From positions 18,866-82,865 of the forward strand of contig VGKP01000002.1 of NCBI GenBank assembly GCA_016866975.1: 64,000 nucleotides of DNA. The letters run 5' to 3'. This DNA is from Candidatus Pacearchaeota archaeon (GTDB lineage: Archaea > Nanobdellota > Nanobdellia > Pacearchaeales > GW2011-AR1). A program made the position numbers and the translations under genes. Below the pieces are notes generated by a model. It saw only the letters and a list, made by a program, of their open reading frames with translations, was not told the origin of the DNA and did no database searches. Positions within the stretch are counted from its first letter, which is position 1; every line of letters starts with the position of its first letter. Positions 44,051-53,047 of the stretch are shown here, piece after piece.

Positions 44051-46108
44051 TCAAAATCCTCCAGCCATATGGAGTGGATTTTTTGCTTTGACCTGAAGGC
44101 CTCTTACAGCATCCAAAACTCTGGAATCAGGAGATAATACAAAGACATGGTCATCTTTTGAGCGCAATGCTCTATATATTCTTTGAAGGAATTCTCTTCT
44201 TGCCTTATCCCTGTAGAAATCCCAAAAATATTTCTCATGTGTCTTCTGTAATATCTTCCAGAAAACGCCATTGACATTAGGATTGGGATATTTTGTGAAT
44301 ACGACTGAATTGCAGATGTCTCCTGGAAAATCTACTCCTCTCGAGCATTTTGTCGTGAATAATATAGAAGATTTTCTTTCTTTGAATTCTGAGACCATTT
44401 TCCCAGTCTTGTCTTCTGTTTGCAGGGCCATCAGCCTTTCTCTGGACATCAGATTGTCTAAGCGAAGGATGTGTAATTCCTGCTCTGTAGGGAGATCTTC
44501 AAACGCATTGACATGTACCAAAGTAGGTCTCTTTGCTTTGTCTATGCATAGTGATAATGTTTTGAGATATTCATCTCTGGAATGTTTGCCTGAACTGAAA
44601 TTTGAATACCTGCAATCAAATTCTTTTCCTGTCCTATGAATCTCTATATTGCCTTGCGGCATCGTCTCAGCTTCCACTATCTCAAAGTCATCTATCCCGA
44701 ATATTTCTTTAAGGACAATTGAGGAATGAAGAGTCCCAGACATCATGACTAAAGACTTGTTTTTCTTTACAATCTCTTGAAATTTCTTAGAAAGGTTCGT
44801 CGTGACAAGATTGACAAAGATATCTTTATCGACTCTTTTGTATGTGATGTATGTATCTTCAATAAAGTCTATGAAATTCTTCGCCACTTCTATGGCTTTA
44901 TTGGCATAATGCATCTCGTCTATGGCAATCTCGGCCTCTATTTCTGGATGTTTTAGAAACATCTTGAGTATCTTTTCCCATTGAGTTTCTTTTATAGGGT
45001 AAATCTTGTTCTCGTTTATGCCCAACGCCTGCTTGTTTTTTTCTTCAAGTCCGAGCAGGTTCTCAATTGATTCCACAAGAACGCGCGCTTCTGGATGTTC
45101 AGGAGTTATTGAAGAAAGGGATGAAGAAAGGCGAGTTAGATTCAATGAATCCTGCATAGAGAAATTATCCAGGAATTCGTCAGCTTCATCTATTATTTCC
45201 ACTTCTGTTTCAGGCTTCCTGTCAAGCGCAACTTCTATCTTATATTTTGCCGCATTGAATATAAGGACATCCGCTTGCATATAAGCAAGGTATTGATCGT
45301 AATAAGAGCAACCTTCTTTTCTATGGTAAAATGTGAACTGCTTACCCTCAAGCCCATTGTAAGTCTTTTTTTTAGCATCCTTTATAGCGGCAATTTCTAT
45401 TTCTGCTGGTAATATTGGGCTCCAATAAGGATTGGCGGGGGCTATTGCTATCCTCCTAAGATCTTTTATCTCTGGCATATCTTTGTTCCTTATATAAGGG
45501 TTCTGTTTATAATATTCTTCTAGTTTCTCTAAGTTTTTATCAGTTAACTTTATAGTGTCAGGAAGAGAAGGGTCGGCACACGAGACTCCTGGAAACAAAA
45601 CAGAATCATGGTTTTCCCTCCCAGTTATCATTGCTATCTTCATCTTCTTACCCCCTTTCTTTAGGACATATTTTTTTGAAGTATAGTCCTCTTCATATTG
45701 CCTTTGCAGGTTTTTTACAGGCACAACTATAGATGCCCTGCCCAAAAGTCTAGCAATATTCAAGGCTATTGCTGATTTTCCAGTACCGCATACGCCGTGA
45801 AGAAATACTAACTTCTTGCCATTATTTATATGTCCTGCAATTTCTTTGGCTATGGCTTCCTGACTCTTTCCATTTGAGAATCTTAGGGGTTCTAATTTTT
45901 TACCTTCAGAGTAAAGACTCCACGTCTCACTATCAACGACATTGCTTATTGTCTCTTCTTTTAGGAATGATAGTGCATCAGATGTCCTTAGATTTGTGCC
46001 CAATAGCTCATCTTCATCCTCAATATCTCTGCGGTTGTTTCCAAAATTCACAGCCTTATTGTCAACACTAAATAATTTTCCATTTGCATCAAACTGCATC
46101 CTCTTCAT
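44051..46108 (-). CDS. Superfamily-2 DNA helicase, XPD/Rad3/DinG-like (DEAD_2 / helicase C_2 type)
   Basis: Walker A HGVCGTGKSAIAL, DEAD-type IIDEADEF, MMSGTL, C-terminal TKCSRGVDFPGD and QRIYRALRSKDD motifs. No obvious 4-Cys FeS cluster seen. Confidence 0.75.
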   Translation of the reverse strand: MKRMQFDANGKLFSVDNKAVNFGNNRRDIEDEDELLGTNLRTSDALSFLKEETISNVVDSETWSLYSEGKKLEPLRFSNGKSQEAIAKEIAGHINNGKKLVFLHGVCGTGKSAIALNIARLLGRASIVVPVKNLQRQYEEDYTSKKYVLKKGGKKMKIAMITGRENHDSVLFPGVSCADPSLPDTIKLTDKNLEKLEEYYKQNPYIRNKDMPEIKDLRRIAIAPANPYWSPILPAEIEIAAIKDAKKKTYNGLEGKQFTFYHRKEGCSYYDQYLAYMQADVLIFNAAKYKIEVALDRKPETEVEIIDEADEFLDNFSMQDSLNLTRLSSSLSSITPEHPEARVLVESIENLLGLEEKNKQALGINENKIYPIKETQWEKILKMFLKHPEIEAEIAIDEMHYANKAIEVAKNFIDFIEDTYITYKRVDKDIFVNLVTTNLSKKFQEIVKKNKSLVMMSGTLHSSIVLKEIFGIDDFEIVEAETMPQGNIEIHRTGKEFDCRYSNFSSGKHSRDEYLKTLSLCIDKAKRPTLVHVNAFEDLPTEQELHILRLDNLMSRERLMALQTEDKTGKMVSEFKERKSSILFTTKCSRGVDFPGDICNSVVFTKYPNPNVNGVFWKILQKTHEKYFWDFYRDKARREFLQRIYRALRSKDDHVFVLSPDSRVLDAVRGLQVKAKNPLHMAGGF

Positions 46109-46153
46109 CGGTTTAATTCACCAAGCCGCTTTAAAAGAATTTGTATTCAGGTA

Positions 46154-46519
46154 CTAATCTCTCTCGACTTCTATAGAGTTTTGAGATTCCCTGATGACTA
46201 TCTTGTTTTGGACTTCTCTTTTTATACCTGAATCCAGAGTCGCTATATACGCTCCCTTCTTGCCTATCGAGATAAGCCCTTTGTCCACAGCATCATTTCC
46301 AAGTGAAGTCTTCTTTATCTTTCTAGTGTTGAATAAATCAAATGCCATATCTATAGCTGCCCTGTCAGCCGACCTGACTTTTAGGCGAAGGTCTTTTAGC
46401 TCCTGAAATACTTCCTTTGGGAGCAATACCTTGAAACCCATCTCCTCTAATACAGATATAAAATCAATTTTCTTTTTGACACAAGAAATGATGAAACTGC
46501 TATCAAGAATTGCCTCCAT
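46154..46519 (-). CDS. PIN-domain protein, Fcf1/Utp24-like
   Basis: Start at MEAILDSSFII (46519). PIN acidic residues (LDSSF.., ..EL.., ATLDSG). The size and pattern resemble the archaeal Fcf1 homologue. Confidence 0.65.
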   Translation of the reverse strand: MEAILDSSFIISCVKKKIDFISVLEEMGFKVLLPKEVFQELKDLRLKVRSADRAAIDMAFDLFNTRKIKKTSLGNDAVDKGLISIGKKGAYIATLDSGIKREVQNKIVIRESQNSIEVERD

Positions 46520-46602
46520 GAGATAAAAAAGATATAGAACTTTATAAGTCTTTGTAGTTGAGCGCCTGTAATGTTTATATACATTCATTGCTTGATAAAT
46601 CA

Positions 46603-47163
46603 ATGGAAGAGGTGTCCCATATAATCCACGTTCTTGAAGATGCCAAGCAGGCACTTCTAAAGAAAGACGGCACGAAGTTGAGCCAGCTATCAAACCAAAC
46701 TATTCACTGTGCTTCTTCAGAGCAGGACGCAAGTAGCATTATGATTGCAGTGCTTGTCTATTCGATGAGCAAGATTGTTGAGAGGAAAGATCTCCATAGG
46801 ATTAGGAATTATGACCTTGTGGTTAAAAAGTTTATTGGATACCTGGATCTCGCGCTTCTAGCATTGAAGGAAGGGAATCTGGAGGCTTATGAAGGCCATC
46901 TGCAAAGAGCAAGGATTGCCTTGACAAGCACATCATTGAACATAAAACCATTTATTCAGGATGTGCTTAGGAAAGCTTCAATAAACAAGGCTTCAAAGAT
47001 ATATGAGCACGGCATTTCTATGGGCCGTACTGCAGCACTTTTGGGCGTTACTCAATGGGAGCTTTCGGAATATACTGGGCAAAAAGAAGTTCTGGAGAGG
47101 AATTATGTTTCCACCCAAGATGTCCGTTCACGTGCAGAAATGGCCCTGAGGTTCTTCTCATGA
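46603..47163 (+). CDS. Hypothetical protein with C-terminal XRE-like helix-turn-helix
   Basis: GISMGRTAALLGVTQWELSEYTG near the C-terminus. Stop overlaps the next ATG (ATGA). Confidence 0.55.
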   Translation: MEEVSHIIHVLEDAKQALLKKDGTKLSQLSNQTIHCASSEQDASSIMIAVLVYSMSKIVERKDLHRIRNYDLVVKKFIGYLDLALLALKEGNLEAYEGHLQRARIALTSTSLNIKPFIQDVLRKASINKASKIYEHGISMGRTAALLGVTQWELSEYTGQKEVLERNYVSTQDVRSRAEMALRFFS

Positions 47164-47594
47164 ATAATCTGAAAGTGCAATCAGTACCAAAAAAAGATTA
47201 TGATAATGTGACTTCTTTTGCTCTGAAAACATGGACAAAATATAATGAAGAGAATAATTATTTTTATAAGGAAAAAGAGTTCAGATGGGCGGCTTATATT
47301 AAAGGCAAAATTGTAGGGTATATCTATGGCAATACTAACGGAGGAGTAGCATATTTAGATGACATAATTGTTGATATTAAATTTAGAAATATTGGAATTG
47401 GAAAGATACTCTTAAAGAAATTTGAAGAAATTGCTAAGAAAAACCATTGTCATGTCTGTTTATTAGCTACCACAGATAAGCATGCTAAGGCAATAGCTTT
47501 TTACAAAAGAAATGGATACGTCATAGAGGCAAAGCTTGCAAATATGTATTGGAATGTAAATGAATATTATATGGTAAAGAGGTTAGGAAAATGA
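47160..47594 (+). CDS. GNAT family N-acetyltransferase
   Basis: FRNIGIGKILLKKFEEIAKKN acetyl-CoA motif, ..AIAFYKRNGY. Translationally coupled on both sides. Confidence 0.8.
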   Translation: MNNLKVQSVPKKDYDNVTSFALKTWTKYNEENNYFYKEKEFRWAAYIKGKIVGYIYGNTNGGVAYLDDIIVDIKFRNIGIGKILLKKFEEIAKKNHCHVCLLATTDKHAKAIAFYKRNGYVIEAKLANMYWNVNEYYMVKRLGK

Positions 47595-48265
47595 AAGCTC
47601 TTATTTTCGACTCTGGAACATTGATAAATCTCTCGATGAATGGCCTATTATATGTCTTGGAGAAATTAAAGAAAAATTGCGACTGTTATTTTCTTATAAC
47701 TTCTGCTGTCAAACACGAGATCATTGACAGGCCTCTAAGTATCCAAAGATTTGAACTTGGCGCATTGAACATACAGGCGCTTATGGATTCAGGAGTCCTG
47801 AATCTTCCATCAGTATTGGGCATCAAGGAAGAAGATATCGACAAGGACACTCGTGACATCATGGATATGGCAAATCATTATATCCAGGTTAATGGCAAGT
47901 GGGTTTCTATAGTTAGCGAAGCTGAAATCTCCTGTCTTGCGCTGAACGACATCTTGTCCAAGAGAGGGTTTGAGACTCTTATAGCCATCGATGAGCGCAC
48001 AACAAGGATGTTGTGTGAGAGCCCAGAGAGCCTTGAGAGAGTCATGTCAGAGAAGATACATCAGAAGGTAGACCTTATTGCGCAGAACTTCAAGATATTT
48101 CATAAATATAGGTTTGTAAGGTCATCAGAGCTCGTGTATGTAGTTTACAAGAAAGGTCTAATAAATCTTAAAGGCAATAAAGTCTTGGAAGCTCTTTTAT
48201 ATGCTACAAAATTCCATGGGGCAGCAATCTCTTTCGAGGAGATAGATATTCTGAAGAAACTTTGA
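47591..48265 (+). CDS. PIN-like domain protein (predicted nuclease), 224 aa
   Basis: MKALIFDSGTLINL (first acidic residue), SEAEISCLAL, AIDERT. This is the spacing of a PIN-like fold. Assignment is tentative. Confidence 0.45.
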   Translation: MKALIFDSGTLINLSMNGLLYVLEKLKKNCDCYFLITSAVKHEIIDRPLSIQRFELGALNIQALMDSGVLNLPSVLGIKEEDIDKDTRDIMDMANHYIQVNGKWVSIVSEAEISCLALNDILSKRGFETLIAIDERTTRMLCESPESLERVMSEKIHQKVDLIAQNFKIFHKYRFVRSSELVYVVYKKGLINLKGNKVLEALLYATKFHGAAISFEEIDILKKL

Positions 48266-48327
48266 TGTAATTGATTGTTGTAATCATTAACATCAATATT
48301 TAAGAAACTATTTATTTTTTAATCATC

Positions 48328-48870
48328 ATGAATTTGATGGAAGAAGCATTTCCAGATAAGGATCCTGCAGCTCTAAGAAGACTATGGAATGATGAAAGCA
48401 TTCGCCACCTTCTTCTCGAGAGTATAGGGAAAGTATTGTACAATTCTTCACAGAAAATTTATACTGAAGACGCAAACAATCAGTTTATTGCTCTTCTTTC
48501 ACAAGCACAATTTAAGCACAATCCACAAGAATGCGTAGATGTTGCAGGACTGATGCTGCAGACTATTCGCCCAAACCAAACTGAAATACTCCCTCACGCA
48601 TATTTGTATTTAAAACAACTTGAGACTCTACACGGCGGCCCAACATCTAGAAAGAGACAGGGAGACAGCATTAGAAGTAGGTTTGGAGGGGAATGTCTTG
48701 TATCACTAGCACTGTTTACCAGAGCCTTAAAGGCACGGGAGCGCGCAGGTTATCCTTCTCCTTCTTGGTATCGTGCACAAGGTAAGAATGCTCTCTATCA
48801 TGCAAGGATGGAAGATGTCACTCACAATTTTGAGAGATGGGAAAATTATTTGAGCGAGAACTTTAATTAG
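48328..48870 (+). CDS. Hypothetical protein (180 aa)
   Basis: Clean ORF, no motif recognised. Confidence 0.5.
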   Translation: MNLMEEAFPDKDPAALRRLWNDESIRHLLLESIGKVLYNSSQKIYTEDANNQFIALLSQAQFKHNPQECVDVAGLMLQTIRPNQTEILPHAYLYLKQLETLHGGPTSRKRQGDSIRSRFGGECLVSLALFTRALKARERAGYPSPSWYRAQGKNALYHARMEDVTHNFERWENYLSENFN

Positions 48871-48875
48871 TAGGA

Positions 48876-48960
48876 TGGGCCCAGGAGGAATCGAACCCCC
48901 GACTTTCGGTTGCTCCAAATAGCTCTGGAGCCGAAAATTATACCATTTAACTATGGACCC
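48876..48960 (-). tRNA. tRNA-Trp (anticodon CCA) with a 14-nt intron after position 37
   Basis: Reverse complement: GGGTCCA-TA-GTTA-AATGGTA-TAAT-T-TTCGG-CTCCAG[agctatttggagca]A-CCGAA-AGTC-GGGGG-TTCGATT-CCTCC-TGGGCCC-A. Intron TGGAG pairs with CTCCA of the anticodon loop. Confidence 0.8.
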
Positions 48961-49087
48961 TTGTAAATCCAAGTAAAATCGGCATTTTAAGCTTTGCCTT
49001 TAATTAATTTAAGAGTTTGATTTTGGATAATGCCCAACTCTCCTCGAGGTCGAAAACATTTATAAACAATAAGATGCTCTTCAAACA

Positions 49088-49534
49088 ATGCCTGGAAAAA
49101 GAGTAACTGTTGATTCTATGGAACATCTGAAGGAAGCAAAAAAGCAGGTAGAGCAGGTAAAGGAGATATCAAAATTGCAGGAAGAATTACAGCACAAGCT
49201 TATTGAGAACATAGTCATACTGCAGAAGGTCCAGACTGACATGGCGGAGAAGTTCAGCAAGCTATCAGACCAGATTTCTAACCTCTTAGTTTTGTTTGAG
49301 ATGGCTGCAAGGAACTTTGCGGGAACCCCTGCAAATCAAACAAACGAGAAGGATAAAGAATTCCTTGATAAGATAGACAAGCTGCTCGATCAGAACAAAG
49401 TCCTTGCGAAGGGACTTACTATGATGGAAGAAAGATTGAGGGAGAAGGTATATGGGGCATCAAGACCATTGCCTATGGGTTCTACTGATGATCTGCAACC
49501 ATCAGCAATGACTAAACCTTTGCCGAGGGTCTAA
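49088..49534 (+). CDS. Hypothetical coiled-coil protein (148 aa)
   Basis: Heptad-rich sequence. The stop is 1 nt before the next ATG. Confidence 0.5.
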   Translation: MPGKRVTVDSMEHLKEAKKQVEQVKEISKLQEELQHKLIENIVILQKVQTDMAEKFSKLSDQISNLLVLFEMAARNFAGTPANQTNEKDKEFLDKIDKLLDQNKVLAKGLTMMEERLREKVYGASRPLPMGSTDDLQPSAMTKPLPRV

Positions 49535-49535
49535 T

Positions 49536-50441
49536 ATGGCCCAGGAACAAAGGGATATAGGCCAGGCATTTCTTGAAGCTTTCTTTATTCAGATTATCTC
49601 AAATTTTAGCGGTAAGATGCCTACTATCTTCTTGGATAAGGAGAAAATATCAAAGGCAGTAAGGATGATTGAGAGAGAGACTTTTGAGAAATCAAAACCT
49701 CTAGAACCTATAGAGTTGGATCTTTCCGAATTTGAGGAAGATGCCCCTCCAATGTCTGAGTATACTGCAGGCACAGAACCATTGCCTTCACTTTCAAAGA
49801 AAATAACTCCTCCGCCAGAAAGAAAAATTACACCTCTTAAATTTTCTCCGCACCCCGTAAATCTGCCTCAAAGAAAGCCAGTGGAAGATTCCCCATCAAG
49901 AAAATCATTAAGGGAACTGCTGTCCCATACGGATAGAAAATCGATGTTGGACGTTAATCTTCCAAAGTTTAATAAGGCTATAATGATCCATCGTAGGCTT
50001 CCCAGGCCAGCACCAACAAATCTGAAAATGAAGATACCCCATCTTCAGCCGCCAAAACCTTCAGTCAAGCCAGAACCAAAGAAAGAGGAGCTGAAAAAGA
50101 GTAAGGAGATACATCCTTCTCCGCCAACTTTGATAACTGTCGAGGCGCTTAATAAGCTGAACAATCTTATGTTGGATCCGACAGTCCAGACTATAGAATG
50201 CCCTGGGCCTGGCAAGCAGATCACAGTCTATAGGTCAGGATTTATACAGAACACAAACATCTTCCTGACGACAGATGAGATAAGGAAGATTATGTCAGAA
50301 ATATCAGAGATAACTAAAATACCCATAATCCCTGGAGTTTTCAAGGCAGCTCTTGGGAACTTTGTAATAACTTCCGTAGTGTCAGAATTTGTAGGCACAC
50401 GTTTCATTATCCAGAAAAAAGAGCCTTCAAAGCTTGATTGA
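49536..50441 (+). CDS. Hypothetical protein: Pro-rich linker plus C-terminal domain resembling the N-terminal domain of type II/IV secretion (FlaI/GspE-like) ATPases, no ATPase core
   Basis: LDPTVQTIECPGPGKQITVYRSGFIQNTNIFLTTDEIRKIMSEISEITKIPI..FKAALGNFVITSVV..GTRFIIQK resembles the T2SSE N-terminal domain (from memory). No Walker motifs. Confidence 0.45.
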   Translation: MAQEQRDIGQAFLEAFFIQIISNFSGKMPTIFLDKEKISKAVRMIERETFEKSKPLEPIELDLSEFEEDAPPMSEYTAGTEPLPSLSKKITPPPERKITPLKFSPHPVNLPQRKPVEDSPSRKSLRELLSHTDRKSMLDVNLPKFNKAIMIHRRLPRPAPTNLKMKIPHLQPPKPSVKPEPKKEELKKSKEIHPSPPTLITVEALNKLNNLMLDPTVQTIECPGPGKQITVYRSGFIQNTNIFLTTDEIRKIMSEISEITKIPIIPGVFKAALGNFVITSVVSEFVGTRFIIQKKEPSKLD

Positions 50442-50474
50442 AAGATATTTATATTGATTTTATATTATTGACAA

Positions 50475-51083
50475 ATGTCGAGACAACTAATAGAAACTTA
50501 TCGCGTCCACGAGCAGACTATCAAGAATAAATTGGACGAATTCAGGAAATTGCCTGATAATTTATTTTTTAGAGAATTTCAATTTTGTCTTCTGACGCCT
50601 CAAAGCAATGCTCATAGGTGTTGGGAAGCAGTGCAAGAGATAAGCAAGCTCAAGAGTCCTAAAATAGATGAATTGAGAAATATACTACGGACAAGGACGA
50701 GGTTCCACAATAATAAGGCAAAGTATCTCATGGAGGCTTTTAAGACCTGGCCAAAAATTTCTGCACAGCTCAATAATGAGGACCGAGTTCTCCTCAGGAA
50801 TAATCTAGCTAAAGAAGTAAAAGGATATGGGATGAAAGAAGCAGGCCATTTTTTAAGAAATATCGGGAAGTCAGATAATAAAATTGCAATCTTGGACAGA
50901 CATATCTTAAGAAACCTTAAAGAACTCGGAGTGATAAGTGAGAATGATTTAAGAATAAGAAATTCAAGGCATTATCACGAGATAGAAGAGAAATTTCTTG
51001 GATTTTCATCAAAGATATCCATTCCAATTGATCATCTCGACCTCTTGTTTTGGAGCAATGAGACAGGGAATGTTTTCAAGTGA
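50475..51083 (+). CDS. ogg: N-glycosylase/DNA lyase, Ogg2-type 8-oxoguanine DNA glycosylase
   Basis: FQFCLLTPQSNA, HNNKAKYL, VKGYGMKEAGHFLRNIG, IAILDRHILRNL (HhH-GPD with catalytic Lys/Asp context). Confidence 0.8.
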   Translation: MSRQLIETYRVHEQTIKNKLDEFRKLPDNLFFREFQFCLLTPQSNAHRCWEAVQEISKLKSPKIDELRNILRTRTRFHNNKAKYLMEAFKTWPKISAQLNNEDRVLLRNNLAKEVKGYGMKEAGHFLRNIGKSDNKIAILDRHILRNLKELGVISENDLRIRNSRHYHEIEEKFLGFSSKISIPIDHLDLLFWSNETGNVFK

Positions 51084-51183
51084 TCGTACTCAAGGAAATT
51101 AATTCCAAAGCAAGTATGATTTAAGAATAAGAAATGAAGTGAACCGCAAAGGATATTTAAATGCGTTTTTCCTTGATACTCCA

Positions 51184-51870
51184 ATGAAAAAGGTGTTAGT
51201 GATAAGTCTAGGGGGATCAGTGATAGTGCCTGATAAAATAGATTTCGTTTTTCTGGATAAATTCAAGAAGCTTCTTGAGAAGCATTCAAGAAAGTTTAAG
51301 TTTGTCATTGTATGCGGAGGAGGAAGTATAGCAAGAAAATATATTGATGCTCTTGTCAAAGAAGGTGCAGACGCAGAAAATATATCTGAGGCAGGCATGA
51401 GGGCTACAAGGATGAACGCTCTATTCTTGATGCAATTCTTTGGCAAACGCGCAAATTCACATCTACCAAAAGATATGATTGATGTAAGGAACAATCTATT
51501 TAAGAACGATTTTGTCCTCTGTGGCGCGTTAAGGTATTCACCAGATGAGACATCAGATGGCACTGCTGCAAAATTAGCCCATTTCCTCAAGACTGATTTT
51601 ATCAACATAACCAATGTAGATGGTCTATATACAAAGGATCCAAAAGTTTTCAAAGATGCAAAATTTATACCTTCTGAGTCATGGAGTGACTTTAAGGCAA
51701 GGATATCTAAAATGAAGTTTAAAGCAGGGCAACATTTTGTTCTTGACCAGCAAGCGGCTACAATAATAATGAACTATAGGATAAAGACGATTATCGTAGA
51801 CAAGGATATTGAGAATCTTGGCAGGTTACTTGCCCAAAAACCATTTAAGGGAACGATACTTGCAGGTTGA
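51184..51870 (+). CDS. pyrH: Uridylate (UMP) kinase, archaeal type
   Basis: VLVISLGGSVIVP, VIVCGGGSIARKYI, TSDGTAAKLAHFLKTDFINITNVDGLYTKDPK. Start at MKKVLV (51184). Confidence 0.85.
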   Translation: MKKVLVISLGGSVIVPDKIDFVFLDKFKKLLEKHSRKFKFVIVCGGGSIARKYIDALVKEGADAENISEAGMRATRMNALFLMQFFGKRANSHLPKDMIDVRNNLFKNDFVLCGALRYSPDETSDGTAAKLAHFLKTDFINITNVDGLYTKDPKVFKDAKFIPSESWSDFKARISKMKFKAGQHFVLDQQAATIIMNYRIKTIIVDKDIENLGRLLAQKPFKGTILAG

Positions 51871-52305
51871 ATGATAGATACATCTGACTTTGATAAGGCG
51901 CGAAAAATGTTGATGAAAGAAAGCTCTCCAGTAATTGTTAAAGCATCAGGAGACCAGTTCAATAGGAAGATAATCGAGTATGGAAAATTCGATATTCTTC
52001 TCTCTCCGGAGAAGGGAGAAAGAAAAGGATCATTGAGGAGTATAGATTCAGGGTTTAACGAAGTCCTAGCAAGGATATCAGCAAAAAATGGTATTTCTAT
52101 AGGTATTGACATTCAAGAATTGCGTTCCTTACCTAAAAAGGAAAAAGCGACAAGGTTATCAAAGATTAAGCAGAATATCAGGCTATGCAGGAAGGCTGGA
52201 GTAAGGATATCACTCTTAGGTGGAAGAGACCAGAGAGATGCCACACAATTACTAATGGCTTTGGGAGCTTCCACAATGCAAATAAAGCGAGCTATTTTTC
52301 TCTAA
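51871..52305 (+). CDS. rnp3: RNase P protein component 3 (Rpp30-like), short form
   Basis: ISAKNGISIGIDIQEL..KIKQNIRLCRKAGVRISLLGG..DATQLLMALGAS resembles the C-terminal half of archaeal Rpp30. ATG abuts the pyrH stop. Confidence 0.5.
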   Translation: MIDTSDFDKARKMLMKESSPVIVKASGDQFNRKIIEYGKFDILLSPEKGERKGSLRSIDSGFNEVLARISAKNGISIGIDIQELRSLPKKEKATRLSKIKQNIRLCRKAGVRISLLGGRDQRDATQLLMALGASTMQIKRAIFL

Positions 52306-52307
52306 CA

Positions 52308-53000
52308 ATGCTATTTCAAAAAGAAATATTTAGAATTGCGCAAGAATTTGGTCTCCAATATCGGGGAAGAAGGTATCCTTACTTAAAAACATCTTCACGC
52401 AATATTATTATGAGATGTATTTTGGGAGGGTGTCCCGATCCTCTCTACAAAAAATTCGGAAACACACTAGTTAAAAATCGCCCCAAGGCACTCATAAAAT
52501 ATCTTTCCTCTCCTTATTTTAAAAAAGAGTTGCATGGAAGACATGGATGTGTAATCTCTAAGGAAGAACTTAATACAGAACTAAAATTGGTGGCTCATAT
52601 CTCAGATTTAAGAATTCGCAAAGAGATGCAAGCTTTTTACGATAGAGTCCTACAAAAAATAGGTAAAAATAAAAGACTTACTATAATCTGGACTCCTAGG
52701 GATAATGAACAAAATCATTTCAAGGAAATTCTATTGCATGAATTTATTCACGAATTGATTGATGATAATTGTCTCAGGCCAGACTCATGGAAATGGAATG
52801 AAGGGCTTGTCACTTATATTACACGTTATGCTCTAAGAACCCACAAGGTCTTTGAGAAGAAGCCTTCATTAGGCAAGGATAAAATGACTAATATTTACAT
52901 GCAATATACCCATAAATGGGCACTTCTTTTTAAGAAAACTCATAATTCGTTAGAAAGACGCAAGTGCATAGAAAATTTACTTAGAAGTTTAAAGAAATAA
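52308..53000 (+). CDS. Hypothetical protein with HExxH metallopeptidase-like motif
   Basis: ILLHEFIHELID (HEFIH). Start at MLFQKEIF (52308) rather than the upstream ATG overlapping rnp3. Confidence 0.5.
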   Translation: MLFQKEIFRIAQEFGLQYRGRRYPYLKTSSRNIIMRCILGGCPDPLYKKFGNTLVKNRPKALIKYLSSPYFKKELHGRHGCVISKEELNTELKLVAHISDLRIRKEMQAFYDRVLQKIGKNKRLTIIWTPRDNEQNHFKEILLHEFIHELIDDNCLRPDSWKWNEGLVTYITRYALRTHKVFEKKPSLGKDKMTNIYMQYTHKWALLFKKTHNSLERRKCIENLLRSLKK

Positions 53001-53047
53001 AGATTTGTGAAACAAATCTTTATAATCCCTTCTTGCCTTAAGCCTAT

